The translations under genes and the position numbers were made by a program. Of a stretch of 64,000 nucleotides of DNA, positions 39,901 through 53,659 are shown piece after piece (within the stretch, counting starts at the first letter, position 1; each line of letters starts with the position of its first letter). The notes beneath the pieces were generated by a model. It worked only from the letters and a program-made list of their open reading frames with translations. It searched no databases and was not told the DNA's origin. Origin of the DNA: Yuukianura sp. NJ FZ-2021. Lineage: Eukaryota. Location of the stretch: the NCBI GenBank assembly GCA_046563655.1, contig JAJCTO010000009.1, positions 682,001 through 746,000 of the forward strand. The letters run 5' to 3'.

Positions 39901-42900
39901 TGATTAAAATTGTTAGGAAACACTTTTTTATGTCATACTACCACCTTGCACTTTCAATAAAGCACACCTGAGTAACTGATGTTCAACAATAATCTGGAAT
40001 TATATTTTACCCCAACTCCACTATGCAACAAATGCATTAATCTAACCGTCATTTTAGGTTTAACTAATGTGTGAACAATACAACGAAATTTTAAACATAC
40101 TGAAAAATGGAATTTATGCCTTGTTATCGTTTATAACCATCTTCATGGAACGCATCTAATACCGGTCCACTTTGTCGTAGTGCATCAACGACTATTACAC
40201 ACGGTGAACCACTTGTTGTCAGCCTTCATCTTTGGGCACAAAGGAGAAGTGCCGGTGAAATGACAAGCTCGCCCTCACTGCAGATACCAACCAGTACTCA
40301 TTTTGACACTATGAATCACAATGACTCAGACGGCAACTGAACTTCAGGGGAAATCCCATTATTAAGTTTTCTAAATCAAAATCGAACATTCAGCATTAAT
40401 TGTTATTTTGATTAAAAGTTTTAGGAAATACTTTTTTATGTCATACTTCCAATAAAGCACACCTGAGTAACTGGTGTTCAACAATAATCTGGAATTATAT
40501 TTTAGCCCAACTCCACTATGCAACAAATGCATTAATCTAACCGTCATTTAGGTTTAACTAATGTGTGAACAATACAACGAAATTTTAAACATACTGAAAA
40601 ATGGAATTTATGCCTTGTTATCGCTTATAACCATCTTCATGGAACGCATCTAATACCGGTCCACTTTGTCGTAGTGCATCAACGACTATTACACACGGTG
40701 AACCACTTGTTGTCAGCCTTCATCTTTGGGCACAAAGGAGAAGTGCCGGTGAAATGACAAGCTCGCCCTCACTGCAGATACCAACCAGTACTCATTTTGA
40801 CACTATGAATCACAATGACTCAGACGGCAACTGAACTTCAGGGGAAATCCCATTATTAAGTTTTCTAAATCAAAATCGAACATTCAGCATTAATTGTTAT
40901 TTTGATTAAAAGTTTTAGGAAATACTTTTTTATGTCATACTTCCAATAAAGCACACCTGAGTAACTGGTGTTCAACAATAATCTGGAATTATATTTTAGC
41001 CCAACTCCACTATGCAACAAATGCATTAATCTAACCGTCATTTTAGGTTTAACTAATGTGTGAACAATACAACGAAATTTTAAACATACTGAAAAATGGA
41101 ATTTATGCCTTGTTATCGCTTATAACCATCTTCATGGAACGCATCTAATACCGGTCCACTTTGTCGTAGTGCATCAACGACTATTACACACGGTGAACCA
41201 CTTGTTGTCAGCCTTCATCTTTGAGCACAAAGGAGAAGTGCCGGTGAAATGACAAGCTCGCCCTCACTACAGATACCAACCAGTACTCATTTTGACACTA
41301 TGAATCACAATGACTCAGACGGCAACTGAACTTCAGGGGAAATCACATTATTACATTTTCTAAATCAAAATCGAACATTCCGCAGTTTTTGTTATTTTGA
41401 TTTAAAATTGTTAGGAAAGACTTTTTATGTCATACTACCACCTTGCGCTTTCAATAAAGCACACCTCAGTAACTGATGTTCAACAATAATCTGGAATTAT
41501 ATTTTACCCCAACTCCACTATGCAACAAATGCATTAATCTAACCGTCATTTAGGTTTAACTAATGTGTGAACAATACAACGAAATTTTAAACATACTGAA
41601 AAATGGAATTTATGCCTTGTTATCGCTTATAACCATCTTCATGGAACGCATCTAATACCGGTCCACTTTGTCGTAGTGCATCAACGAATATTATACACGG
41701 TGAACCACTTGTTGTCAGCCTTCATCTTTGAGCACAAAGGAGAAGTGCCGGTGAAATGACAAGCTCGCCCTCACTACAGATACCAACCAGTACTCATTTT
41801 GACACTATGAATCACAATGACTCAGACGGCAACTGAACTTCAGGGGAAATCACATTATTACATTTTCTAAATCAAAATCGAACATTCCGCAGTTTTTGTT
41901 ATTTTGATTTAAAATTGTTAGGAAAGACTTTTTATGTCATACTACCACCTTGCGCTTTCAATAAAGCACACCTCAGTAACTGATGTTCAACAATAATCTG
42001 GAATTATATTTTACCCCAACTCCACTATGCAACAAATGCATTAATCTAACCGTCATTTAGGTTTAACTAATGTGTGAACAATACAACGAAATTTTAAACA
42101 TACTGAAAAATGGAATTTATGCCTTGTTATCGCTTATAACCATCTTCATGGAACGCATCTAATACCGGTCCACTTTGTCGTAGTGCATCAACGACTATTA
42201 TACACGGTGAACCACTTGTTGTCAGCCTTCATCTTTGAGCACAAAGGAGAAGTGCCGGTGAAATGACAAGCTCGCCCTCACTACAGATACCAACCAGTAC
42301 TCATTTTGACACTATGAATCACAATGACTCAGACGGCAACTGAACTTCAGGGAAATCACATTATTACATTTTCTAAATCAAAATCGAACATTCAGCATTA
42401 TTTGTTATTTTGATTAAAATTTTTAGGAAATACTTTTTTATGTCATACTACCACCTTGCACTTCCAATAAAGCACACCTGAATAACTGGTGTTCAACAAT
42501 AATCTGGAATTATATTTTACCCCAACTCCACTATGCAACAAATGCATTAATCTAACCGTCATTTAGGTTTAACTAATGTGTGAACAATACAACGAAATTT
42601 TAAACATACTGAAAAATGGAATTTATGCCTTGTTATCGCTTATAACCATCTTCATGGAACGCATCTAATACCGGTCCACTTTGTCGTAGTGCATCAACGA
42701 CTATTATACACGGTGAACCACTTGTTGTCAGCCTTCATCTTTGAGCACAAAGGAGAAGTGCCGGTGAAATGACAAGCTCGCCCTCACTACAGATACCAAC
42801 CAGTACTCATTTTGACACTATGAATCACAATGACTCAGACGGCAACTGAACTTCAGGGGAAATCACATTATTACATTTTCTAAATCAAAATCGAACATTC

Positions 42901-44853
42901 AGCATTATTTGTTATTTTGATTAAAATTTTTAGGAAATACTTTTTTATGTCATACTACCACCTTGCACTTCCAATAAAGCACACCTGAATAACTGGTGTT
43001 CAACAATAATCTGGAATTATATTTTAGCCCAACTCCACCTTGCAACAAGTGCATAAATCTAACTGTCATTTTGGTATAAACTAATGTGGGAACTATACAA
43101 CGAAGTTTTAAACATACTGAAAAATGGAATTTATGCCTTGTTATCGCTTATAACCATCTTCATGGAACGCATCTAATACCGGTCCACTTTGTCGTAGTGC
43201 ATCAACGACTATTACACGCGTTGAACCACTTGTTGTCAGCCTTCATCTTTGGGCACAAAGGAGAAGTGCCGGTGAAATGACAAGCTCGCCCTCACTGCAG
43301 ATACCAACCAGTACTCATTTTGACACCATGATACACAATGACTCCGACGGCAATGGAACTTCAGGGGATCCCATTATTACATTTTCAAAATCAAAATCGA
43401 ACATTCCGCATTATTTGTTATTTTGATTAAAATTGTTAGGAAAGACTTTTTTATGTCATACTACCACCTTACACTTCCAACAAAACACACCTGAATAACT
43501 GGTGTTCAACAATAATCTGGAATTATATTTTAGCTCAGCTCCACTATGCAACAAGTGCATAAATCTAACTGTCATTTTGGTATAAACTAATGTAGGAACT
43601 ATACAACGAAGTTTTAAACATACTGAAAAATGGAATTTATGCCTTGTTATCGCTTATAACCATCTTCATGGAACGCATCTAATACCGGTCCACTTTGTCG
43701 TAGTGCATCAACGAATATTATACACGGTGAACCACTTGTTGTCAGCCTTCATCTTTGAGCACAAAGGAGAAGTGCCGGTGAAATGACAAGCTCGCCCTCA
43801 CTACAGATACCAACCAGTACTCATTTTGACACTATGAATCACAATGACTCAGACGGCAACTGAACTTCAGGGGAAATCACATTATTACATTTTCTAAATC
43901 AAAATCGAACATTCAGCATTATTTGTTATTTTGATTAAAATTTTTAGGAAATACTTTTTTATGTCATACTACCACCTTGCACTTCCAATAAAGCACACCT
44001 GAATAACTGGTGTTCAACAATAATCTGGAATTATATTTTAGCCCAACTCCACCTTGCAACAAGTGCATAAATCTAACTGTCATTTTGGTATAAACTAATG
44101 TGGGAACTATACAACGAAGTTTTAAACATACTGAAAAATGGAATTTATGCCTTGTTATCGCTTATAACCATCTTCATGGAACGCATCTAATACCGGTCCA
44201 CTTTGTCGTAGTGCATCAACGACTATTACACACGTTGAACCACTTGTTGTCAGCCTTCATCTTTGAGCACAAAGGAGAAGTGCCGGTGAAATGACAAGCT
44301 CGCCCTCACTGCAGATACCAACCAGTACTCATTTTGACACCATGATACACAATGACTCCGACGGCAATGGAACTTCAGGGGATCCCATTATTACATTTTC
44401 AAAATCAAAATCGAACATTCCGCATTATTTGTTATTTTGATTAAAATTGTTAGGAAAGACTTTTTTATGTCATACTACCACCTTGCACTTCCAACAAAAC
44501 ACACCTGAATAACTGGTGTTCAACAATAATCTGGAATTATATTTTAGCTCAGCTCCACTATGCAACAAGTGCATAAATCTAACTGTCATTTTGGTATAAA
44601 CTAATGTAGGAACTATACAACGAAGTTTTAAACATACTGAAAAATGGAATTTATGCCTTGTTATCGCTTATAACCATCTTCATGGAACGCATCTAATACC
44701 GGTCCACTTTGTTGTAGTGCATCAACGACTAATACACACGGTGAACCACTTGTTGTCAGCCTTCATCTTTGGGCACAAAGGAGAAGTGCCGGTGAAATGA
44801 CAAGCTCGCCCTCACTGCAGATACCAACCAGTACTCATTTTGACACTATGAAT

Positions 44854-44992
44854 CACAATGACTCAGACGGCAACTAAACTTCAGGGAATTCACATTATTA
44901 CATTTTCTAAATCAAAATCGAACACAATGACTCAGACGGCAACTAAACTTCAGGGGAAATCACATTATTACATTTTCTAAATCAAAATCGAA
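44854..44992. repeat. 69/70-bp intra-monomer tandem duplication
   Basis: CACAATGACTCAGACGGCAACTAAACTTC...ATCAAAATCGAA occurs twice (starts 44854 and 44923). Confidence 0.92.
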
Positions 44993-47900
44993 CATTCCGC
45001 AGTGTTTGTTATTTTGATTAAAATTGTTAGGAAAGACTTTTTTATGTCATACTACCACCTTGCACTTTCAATAAAGCACACCTGAGTAACTGATGTTCAA
45101 CAATAATCTGGAATTTATTTTAGCCCAACTCCAGTATGCAACAAGTGCATAAATCTAACCGTCATTTTGGTATAAACTAATGTGGGAACTATACAACGAA
45201 ATTTTAAACATACTGAAAAATGGAATTTATGCCTTGTTATCGCTCATAACCATCTTCATGGAACGCATCTAATACCGGTCCACTTTGTCGTAGTGCATCA
45301 ACGACTATTACACACGGTGAACCACTTGTTGTCAGCCTTCATCTTTGAGCTCAAAGGAGAAGTGCCGGTGAAATGACAAGCTCGCCCTCACTACAAATAC
45401 CAACCAGTACTCATTTTGACACCATGAATCACAATGACTCCGACGGCAATTTAACTTCAGGGGATCCCATTATTACATTTTCTAAATCAAAATCGAACAT
45501 TCCGCATTATTTGTTATTTTGATTAAAATTGTTAGGAAAGACATTTTTATGTCATACTACCACCTTGCACTTCCAATAAAGCACACCTGAATAACTGGTG
45601 TTCAACAATAATCTGGAATTATATTTTAGCCTAACTCCACTATGCAACAAATGCATTAATCTAACCGTCATTTAGGTTTAACTAATGTGTGAACAATACA
45701 ACGAAATTTTAAACATACTGAAAAATGGAATTTATGCCTTGTTATCGCTTATAACCATCTTCATGGAACGCATCTAATACCGGTCCACTTTGTCGTTGTG
45801 CATCAAAGACTATTACACACGGTGAACCACTTGTTGTCAGCCTTCATCTTTGAGCACAAAGGAGAAGTGCCGGTGAAATGACAAGCTCGCCCTCACTACA
45901 GATACCAACCAGTACTCATTTTGACACTATGAATCACAATGACTCAGACGGCAACTGAACTTCAGGGGAAATCACATTATTACATTTTCTAAAGCAAAAT
46001 CGAACATTCAGCATTATTTGTTATTTTGATTTAAATTGTTAGGAAAGACTTTTTATGTCATACTACCACCTTGCACTTTCAATAAAGCACACCTCAGTAA
46101 CTGATGTTCAACAATAATCTGGAATTATATTTTACCCCAACTCCACTATGCAACAAATGCATTAATCTAACCGTCATTTAGGTTTAACTAATGTGTGAAC
46201 AATACAACGAAATTTTAAACATACTGAAAAATGGAATTTATGCCTTGTTATCGCTTATAACCATCTTCATGGAACGCATCTAATACCGGTCCACTTTGTC
46301 GTAGTGCATCAACGACTATTACACACGGTGAACCACTTGTTGTCAGCCTTCATCTTTGGGCACAAAGGAGAAGTGCCGGTGAAATGACAAGCTCGCCCTC
46401 ACTGCAGATACCAACCAGTACTCATTTTGACACTATGAATCACAATGACTCAGACGGCAACTGAACTTCAGGGGAAATCACATTATTACATTTTCTAAAG
46501 CAAAATCGAACATTCAGCATTATTTGTTATTTTGATTTAAATTGTTAGGAAAGACTTTTTATGTCATACTACCACCTTGCACTTTCAATAAAGCACACCT
46601 CAGTAACTGATGTTCAACAATAATCTGGAATTATATTTTACCCCAACTCCACTATGCAACAAATGCATTAATCTAACCGTCATTTTAGGTTTAACTAATG
46701 TGTGAACAATACAACGAAATTTTAAACATACTGAAAAATGGAATTTATGCCTTGTTATCGCTTATAACCATCTTCATGGAACGCATCTAATACCGGTCCA
46801 CTTTGTCGTAGTGCATCAACGACTATTACACACGGTGAACCACTTGTTGTCAGCCTTCATCTTTGGGCACAAAGGAGAAGTGCCGGTGAAATGACAAGCT
46901 CGCCCTCACTGCAGATACCAACCAGTACTCATTTTGACACTATGAATCACAATGACTCAGACGGCAACTGAACTTCAGGGGAAATCACATTATTACATTT
47001 TCTAAATCAAAATCGAACATTCAGCATGATTTGTTATTTTGATTAAAATTGTTAGGAAAGACTTTTTTATGTCATACTACCACCTTGCACTTTCAATAAA
47101 GCACACCTGAAGTAACTGATGTTCAACAATAATCTGGAATTATATTTTACCCCAACTCCACTATGCAACAAATGCATTAATCTAACCGTCATTTAGGTTT
47201 AACTAATGTGTGAACAATACAACGAAATTTTAAACATACTGAAAAATGGAATTTATGCCTTGTTATCGCTTATAACCATCTTCATGGAACGCATCTAATA
47301 CCGGTCCTTTTTGTTGTAGTGCATCAACGACTATTACACACGGTGAACCACTTGTTGTCAGCCTTCATTTTTGAGCTCAAAGGAGAAGTGCCGGTGAAAT
47401 TACAAGCTCGACCTCACTACAGATACCAACCAGTACTCATTTTGACACTATGAATCACAATGACTCAGACGGCAACTGAACTTCAGGGGAAATCACATTA
47501 TTACATTTTCTAAATCAAAATCGAACATTCCGCATTATTTGTTATTTTGATTAAAATTGTTAGGAAAGACTTTTTTATGTCATACTACCACCTTGCACTT
47601 TCAATAAAGCACACCTGAGTAACTGGTGTTCAACAATAATCTGGAATTTATTTTAGCCCAACTCCAGTATGCAACAAGTGCATAAATCTAACTGTCATTT
47701 TGGTATAAACTAATGTGGGAACTATACAACGAAATTTTAAACATACTGAAAAATGGAATTTATGCCTTGTTATCGCTTATAACCATGTTCATGGAACGCA
47801 TCTAATACCGGTCCACTTTGTCGTAGTGCATCAACGACTATTACACACGGTGAACCACTTGTTGTCAGCCTTCATCTTTGAGCTCAAAGGAGAAGTGCCG

Positions 47901-50900
47901 GTGAAATGACAAGCTCGCCCTCACTACAAATACCAACCAGTACTCATTTTGACACCATGAATCACAATGACTCCGACGGCAATTTAACTTCAGGGGATCC
48001 CATTATTACATTTTCTAAATCAAAATCGAACATTCCGCATTATTTGTTATTTTGATTAAAATTGTTAGGAAAGACATTTTTATGTCATACTACCACCTTG
48101 CACTTCCAATAAAGCACACCTGAATAACTGGTGTTCAACAATAATCTGGAATTATATTTTAGCCTAACTCCACTATGCAACAAATGCATTAATCTAACCG
48201 TCATTTAGGTTTAACTAATGTGTGAACAATACAACGAAATTTTAAACATACTGAAAAATGGAATTTATGCCTTGTTATCGCTTATAACCATCTTCATGGA
48301 ACGCATCTAATACCGGTCCACTTTGTCGTAGTGCATCAACGACTATTACACACGGTGAACCACTTGTTGTCAGCCTTCATCTTTGAGCACAAAGGAGAAG
48401 TGCCGGTGAAATGACAAGCTCGCCCTCACTACAGATACCAACCAGTACTCATTTTGACACTATGAATCACAATGACTCAGACGGCAACTGAACTTCAGGG
48501 GAAATCACATTATTACATTTTCTAAAGCAAAATCGAACATTCAGCATTATTTGTTATTTTGATTTAAATTGTTAGGAAAGACTTTTTATGTCATACTACC
48601 ACCTTGCACTTTCAATAAAGCACACCTCAGTAACTGATGTTCAACAATAATCTGGAATTATATTTTACCCCAACTCCACTATGCAACAAATGCATTAATC
48701 TAACCGTCATTTAGGTTTAACTAATGTGTGAACAATACAACGAAATTTTAAACATACTGAAAAATGGAATTTATGCCTTGTTATCGCTTATAACCATCTT
48801 CATGGAACGCATCTAATACCGGTCCACTTTGTCGTAGTGCATCAACGACTATTACACACGGTGAACCACTTGTTGTCAGCCTTCATCTTTGAGCACAAAG
48901 GAGAAGTGCCGGTGAAATGACAAGCTCGCCCTCACTACAGATACCAACCAGTACTCATTTTGACACTATGAATCACAATGACTCAGACGGCAACTGAACT
49001 TCAGGGGAAATCACATTATTACATTTTCTAAATCAAAATCGAACATTCCGCAGTGTTTGTTATTTTGATTAAAATTGTTAGGAAAGACTTTTTTATGTCA
49101 TACTACCACCTTGCACTTTCAATAAAGCACACCTGAGTAACTGATGTTCAACAATAATCTGGAATTATATTTTACCCCAACTCCACTATGCAACAAATGC
49201 ATTAATCTAACCGTCATTTAGGTTTAACTAATGTGTGAACAATACAACGAAATTTTAAACATACTGAAAAATGGAATTTATGCCTTGTTATCGCTTATAA
49301 CCATCTTCATGGAACGCATCTAATACCGGTCCACTTTGTCGTAGTGCATCAACGACTATTACACACGGTGAACCACTTGTTGTCAGCCTTCATCTTTGAG
49401 CTCAAAGGAGAAGTGCCGGTGAAATGACAAGCGCGACCTCACTACAGATACCAACCAGTACTCATTTTGACACTATGAATCACAATGACTCAGACGGCAA
49501 CTGAACTTCAGGGGAATCACATTATTACATTTTCTAAATCAAAATCGAACATTCCGCAGTGTTTGTTATTTTGATTAAAATTGTTAGGAAAGACTTTTTT
49601 ATGTCATACTACCACCTTGCACTTTCAATAAAGCACACCTGAGTAACTGATGTTCAACAATAATCTGGAATTATATTTTAGCCCAACTCCAGTATGCAAC
49701 AAGTGCATAAATCTAACTGTCATTTTGGTATAAACTAATGTGGGAACTATACAACGAAATTTTAAACATACTGAAAAATGGAATTTATGCCTTGTTATCG
49801 CTTATAACCATGTTCATGGAACGCATCTAATACCGGTCCACTTTGTCGTAGTGCATCAACGACTATTACACACGGTGAACCACTTGTTGTCAGCCTTCAT
49901 CTTTGAGCTCAAAGGAGAAGTGCCGGTGAAATGACAAGCTCGCCCTCACTACAAATACCAACCAGTACTCATTTTGACACCATGAATCACAATGACTCCG
50001 ACGGCAATTTAACTTCAGGGGATCCCATTATTACATTTTCTAAATCAAAATCGAACATTCCGCATTATTTGTTATTTTGATTAAAATTGTTAGGAAAGAC
50101 ATTTTTATGTCATACTACCACCTTGCACTTCCAACAAAACACACCTGAATAACTGGTGTTCAACAATAATCTGGAATTATATTTTAGCCCAACTCCACTA
50201 TGCAACAAATGCATTAATCTAACCGTCATTTAGGTTTAACTAATGTGTGAACAATACAACGAAATTTTAAACATACTGAAAAATGGAATTTATGCCTTGT
50301 TATCGCTTATAACCATCTTCATGGAACGCATCTAATACCGGTCCACTTTGTCGTAGTGCATCAACGACTATTACACACGGTGAACCACTTGTTGTCAGCC
50401 TTCATCTTTGAGCACAAAGGAGAAGTGCCGGTGAAATGACAAGCTCGCCCTCACTACAGATACCAACCAGTACTCATTTTGACACTATGAATCACAATGA
50501 CTCAGACGGCAACTGAACTTCAGGGAAATCACATTATTACATTTTCTAAATCAAAATCGAACATTCCGCAGTGTTTGTTATTTTGATTAAAATTGTTAGG
50601 AAAGACTTTTTTATGTCATACTACCACCTTGCACTTTCAATAAAGCACACCTGAGTAACTGATGTTCAACAATAATCTGGAATTATATTTTACCCCAACT
50701 CCACTATGCAACAAATGCATTAATCTAACCGTCATTTAGGTTTAAACTAATGTGTGAACAATACAACGAAATTTTAAACATACTGAAAAATGGAATTTAT
50801 GCCTTGTTATCGTTTATAACCATCTTCATGGAACGCATCTAATACCGGTCCACTTTGTCGTAGTGCATCAACGACTATTACACACGGTGAACCACTTGTT

Positions 50901-53519
50901 GTCAGCCTTCATCTTTGGGCACAAAGGAGAAGTGCCGGTGAAATGACAAGCTCGCCCTCACTGCAGATACCAACCAGTACTCATTTTGACACTATGAATC
51001 ACAATGACTCAGACGGCAACTGAACTTCAGGGGAAATCCCATTATTAAGTTTTCTAAATCAAAATCGAACATTCAGCATTAATTGTTATTTTGATTAAAA
51101 GTTTTAGGAAATACTTTTTTATGTCATACTTCCAATAAAGCACACCTGAGTAACTGGTGTTCAACAATAATCTGGAATTATATTTTAGCCCAACTCCACT
51201 ATGCAACAAATGCATTAATCTAACCGTCATTTAGGTTTAACTAATGTGTGAACAATACAACGAAATTTTAAACATACTGAAAAATGGAATTTATGCCTTG
51301 TTATCGCTTATAACCATCTTCATGGAACGCATCTAATACCGGTCCACTTTGTCGTAGTGCATCAACGACTATTACACACGGTGAACCACTTGTTGTCAGC
51401 CTTCATCTTTGAGCACAAAGGAGAAGTGCCGGTGAAATGACAAGCTCGCCCTCACTACAGATACCAACCAGTACTCATTTTGACACTATGAATCACAATG
51501 ACTCAGACGGCAACTGAACTTCAGGGGAAATCACATTATTACATTTTCTAAATCAAAATCGAACATTCCGCAGTTTTTGTTATTTTGATTTAAATTGTTA
51601 GGAAAGACTTTTTATGTCATACTACCACCTTGCACTTTCAATAAAGCACACCTCAGTAACTGATGTTCAACAATAATCTGGAATTATATTTTACCCCAAC
51701 TCCACTATGCAACAAATGCATTAATCTAACCGTCATTTAGGTTTAACTAATGTGTGAACAATACAACGAAATTTTAAACATACTGAAAAATGGAATTTAT
51801 GCCTTGTTATCGCTTATAACCATCTTCATGGAACGCATCTAATACCGGTCCACTTTGTCGTAGTGCATCAACGAATATTATACACGGTGAACCACTTGTT
51901 GTCAGCCTTCATCTTTGAGCACAAAGGAGAAGTGCCGGTGAAATGACAAGCTCGCCCTCACTACAGATACCAACCAGTACTCATTTTGACACTATGAATC
52001 ACAATGACTCAGACGGCAACTGAACTTCAGGGGAAATCACATTATTACCTTTTCTAAAGCAAAATCGAACATTCCGCAGTTTTTGTTATTTTGATTTAAA
52101 TTGTTAGGAAAGACTTTTTATGTCATACTACCACCTTGCGCTTTCAATAAAGCACACCTCAGTAACTGATGTTCAACAATAATCTGGAATTATATTTTAC
52201 CCCAACTCCACTATGCAACAAATGCATTAATCTAACCGTCATTTAGGTTTAACTAATGTGTGAACAATACAACGAAATTTTAAACATACTGAAAAATGGA
52301 ATTTATGCCTTGTTATCGCTTATAACCATCTTCATGGAACGCATCTAATACCGGTCCACTTTGTCGTAGTGCATCAACGACTATTATACACGGTGAACCA
52401 CTTGTTGTCAGCCTTCATCTTTGAGCACAAAGGAGAAGTGCCGGTGAAATGACAAGCTCGCCCTCACTACAGATACCAACCAGTACTCATTTTGACACTA
52501 TGAATCACAATGACTCAGACGGCAACTGAACTTCAGGGGAAATCACATTATTACATTTTCTAAATCAAAATCGAACATTCAGCATTATTTGTTATTTTGA
52601 TTAAAATTTTTAGGAAATACTTTTTTATGTCATACTACCACCTTGCACTTCCAATAAAGCACACCTGAATAACTGGTGTTCAACAATAATCTGGAATTAT
52701 ATTTTAGCCCAACTCCACCTTGCAACAAGTGCATAAATCTAACTGTCATTTTGGTATAAACTAATGTGGGAACTATACAACGAAGTTTTAAACATACTGA
52801 AAAATGGAATTTATGCCTTGTTATCGCTTATAACCATCTTCATGGAACGCATCTAATACCGGTCCACTTTGTCGTAGTGCATCAACGACTATTACACACG
52901 TTGAACCACTTGTTGTCAGCCTTCATCTTTGGGCACAAAGGAGAAGTGCCGGTGAAATGACAAGCTCGCCCTCACTGCAGATACCAACCAGTACTCATTT
53001 TGACACCATGATACACAATGACTCCGACGGCAATGGAACTTCAGGGGATCCCATTATTACATTTTCAAAATCAAAATCGAACATTCCGCATTATTTGTTA
53101 TTTTGATTAAAATTGTTAGGAAAGACTTTTTATGTCATACTACCACCTTACACTTCCAACAAAACACACCTGAATAACTGGTGTTCAACAATAATCTGGA
53201 ATTATATTTTAGCTCAGCTCCACTATGCAACAAGTGCATAAATCTAACTGTCATTTTGGTATAAACTAATGTAGGAACTATACAACGAAGTTTTAAACAT
53301 ACTGAAAAATGGAATTTATGCCTTGTTATCGCTTATAACCATCTTCATGGAACGCATCTAATACCGGTCCACTTTGTTGTAGTGCATCAACGACTAATTA
53401 CACACGGTGAACCACTTGTTGTCAGCCTTCATCTTTGGGCACAAAGGAGAAGTGCCGGTGAAATGACAAGCTCGCCCTCACTGCAGATACCAACCAGTAC
53501 TCATTTTGACACTATGAAT

Positions 53520-53659
53520 CACAATGACTCAGACGGCAACTAAACTTCAGGGGAAATCACATTATTACATTTTCTAAATCAAAATCGAACACAATGACTC
53601 AGACGGCAACTAAACTTCAGGGGAAATCACATTATTACATTTTCTAAATCAAAATCGAA
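53520..53659. repeat. 70-bp intra-monomer tandem duplication (second occurrence)
   Basis: Same duplication with the same junction CGAA|CACAATG (starts 53520 and 53590). Confidence 0.92.
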
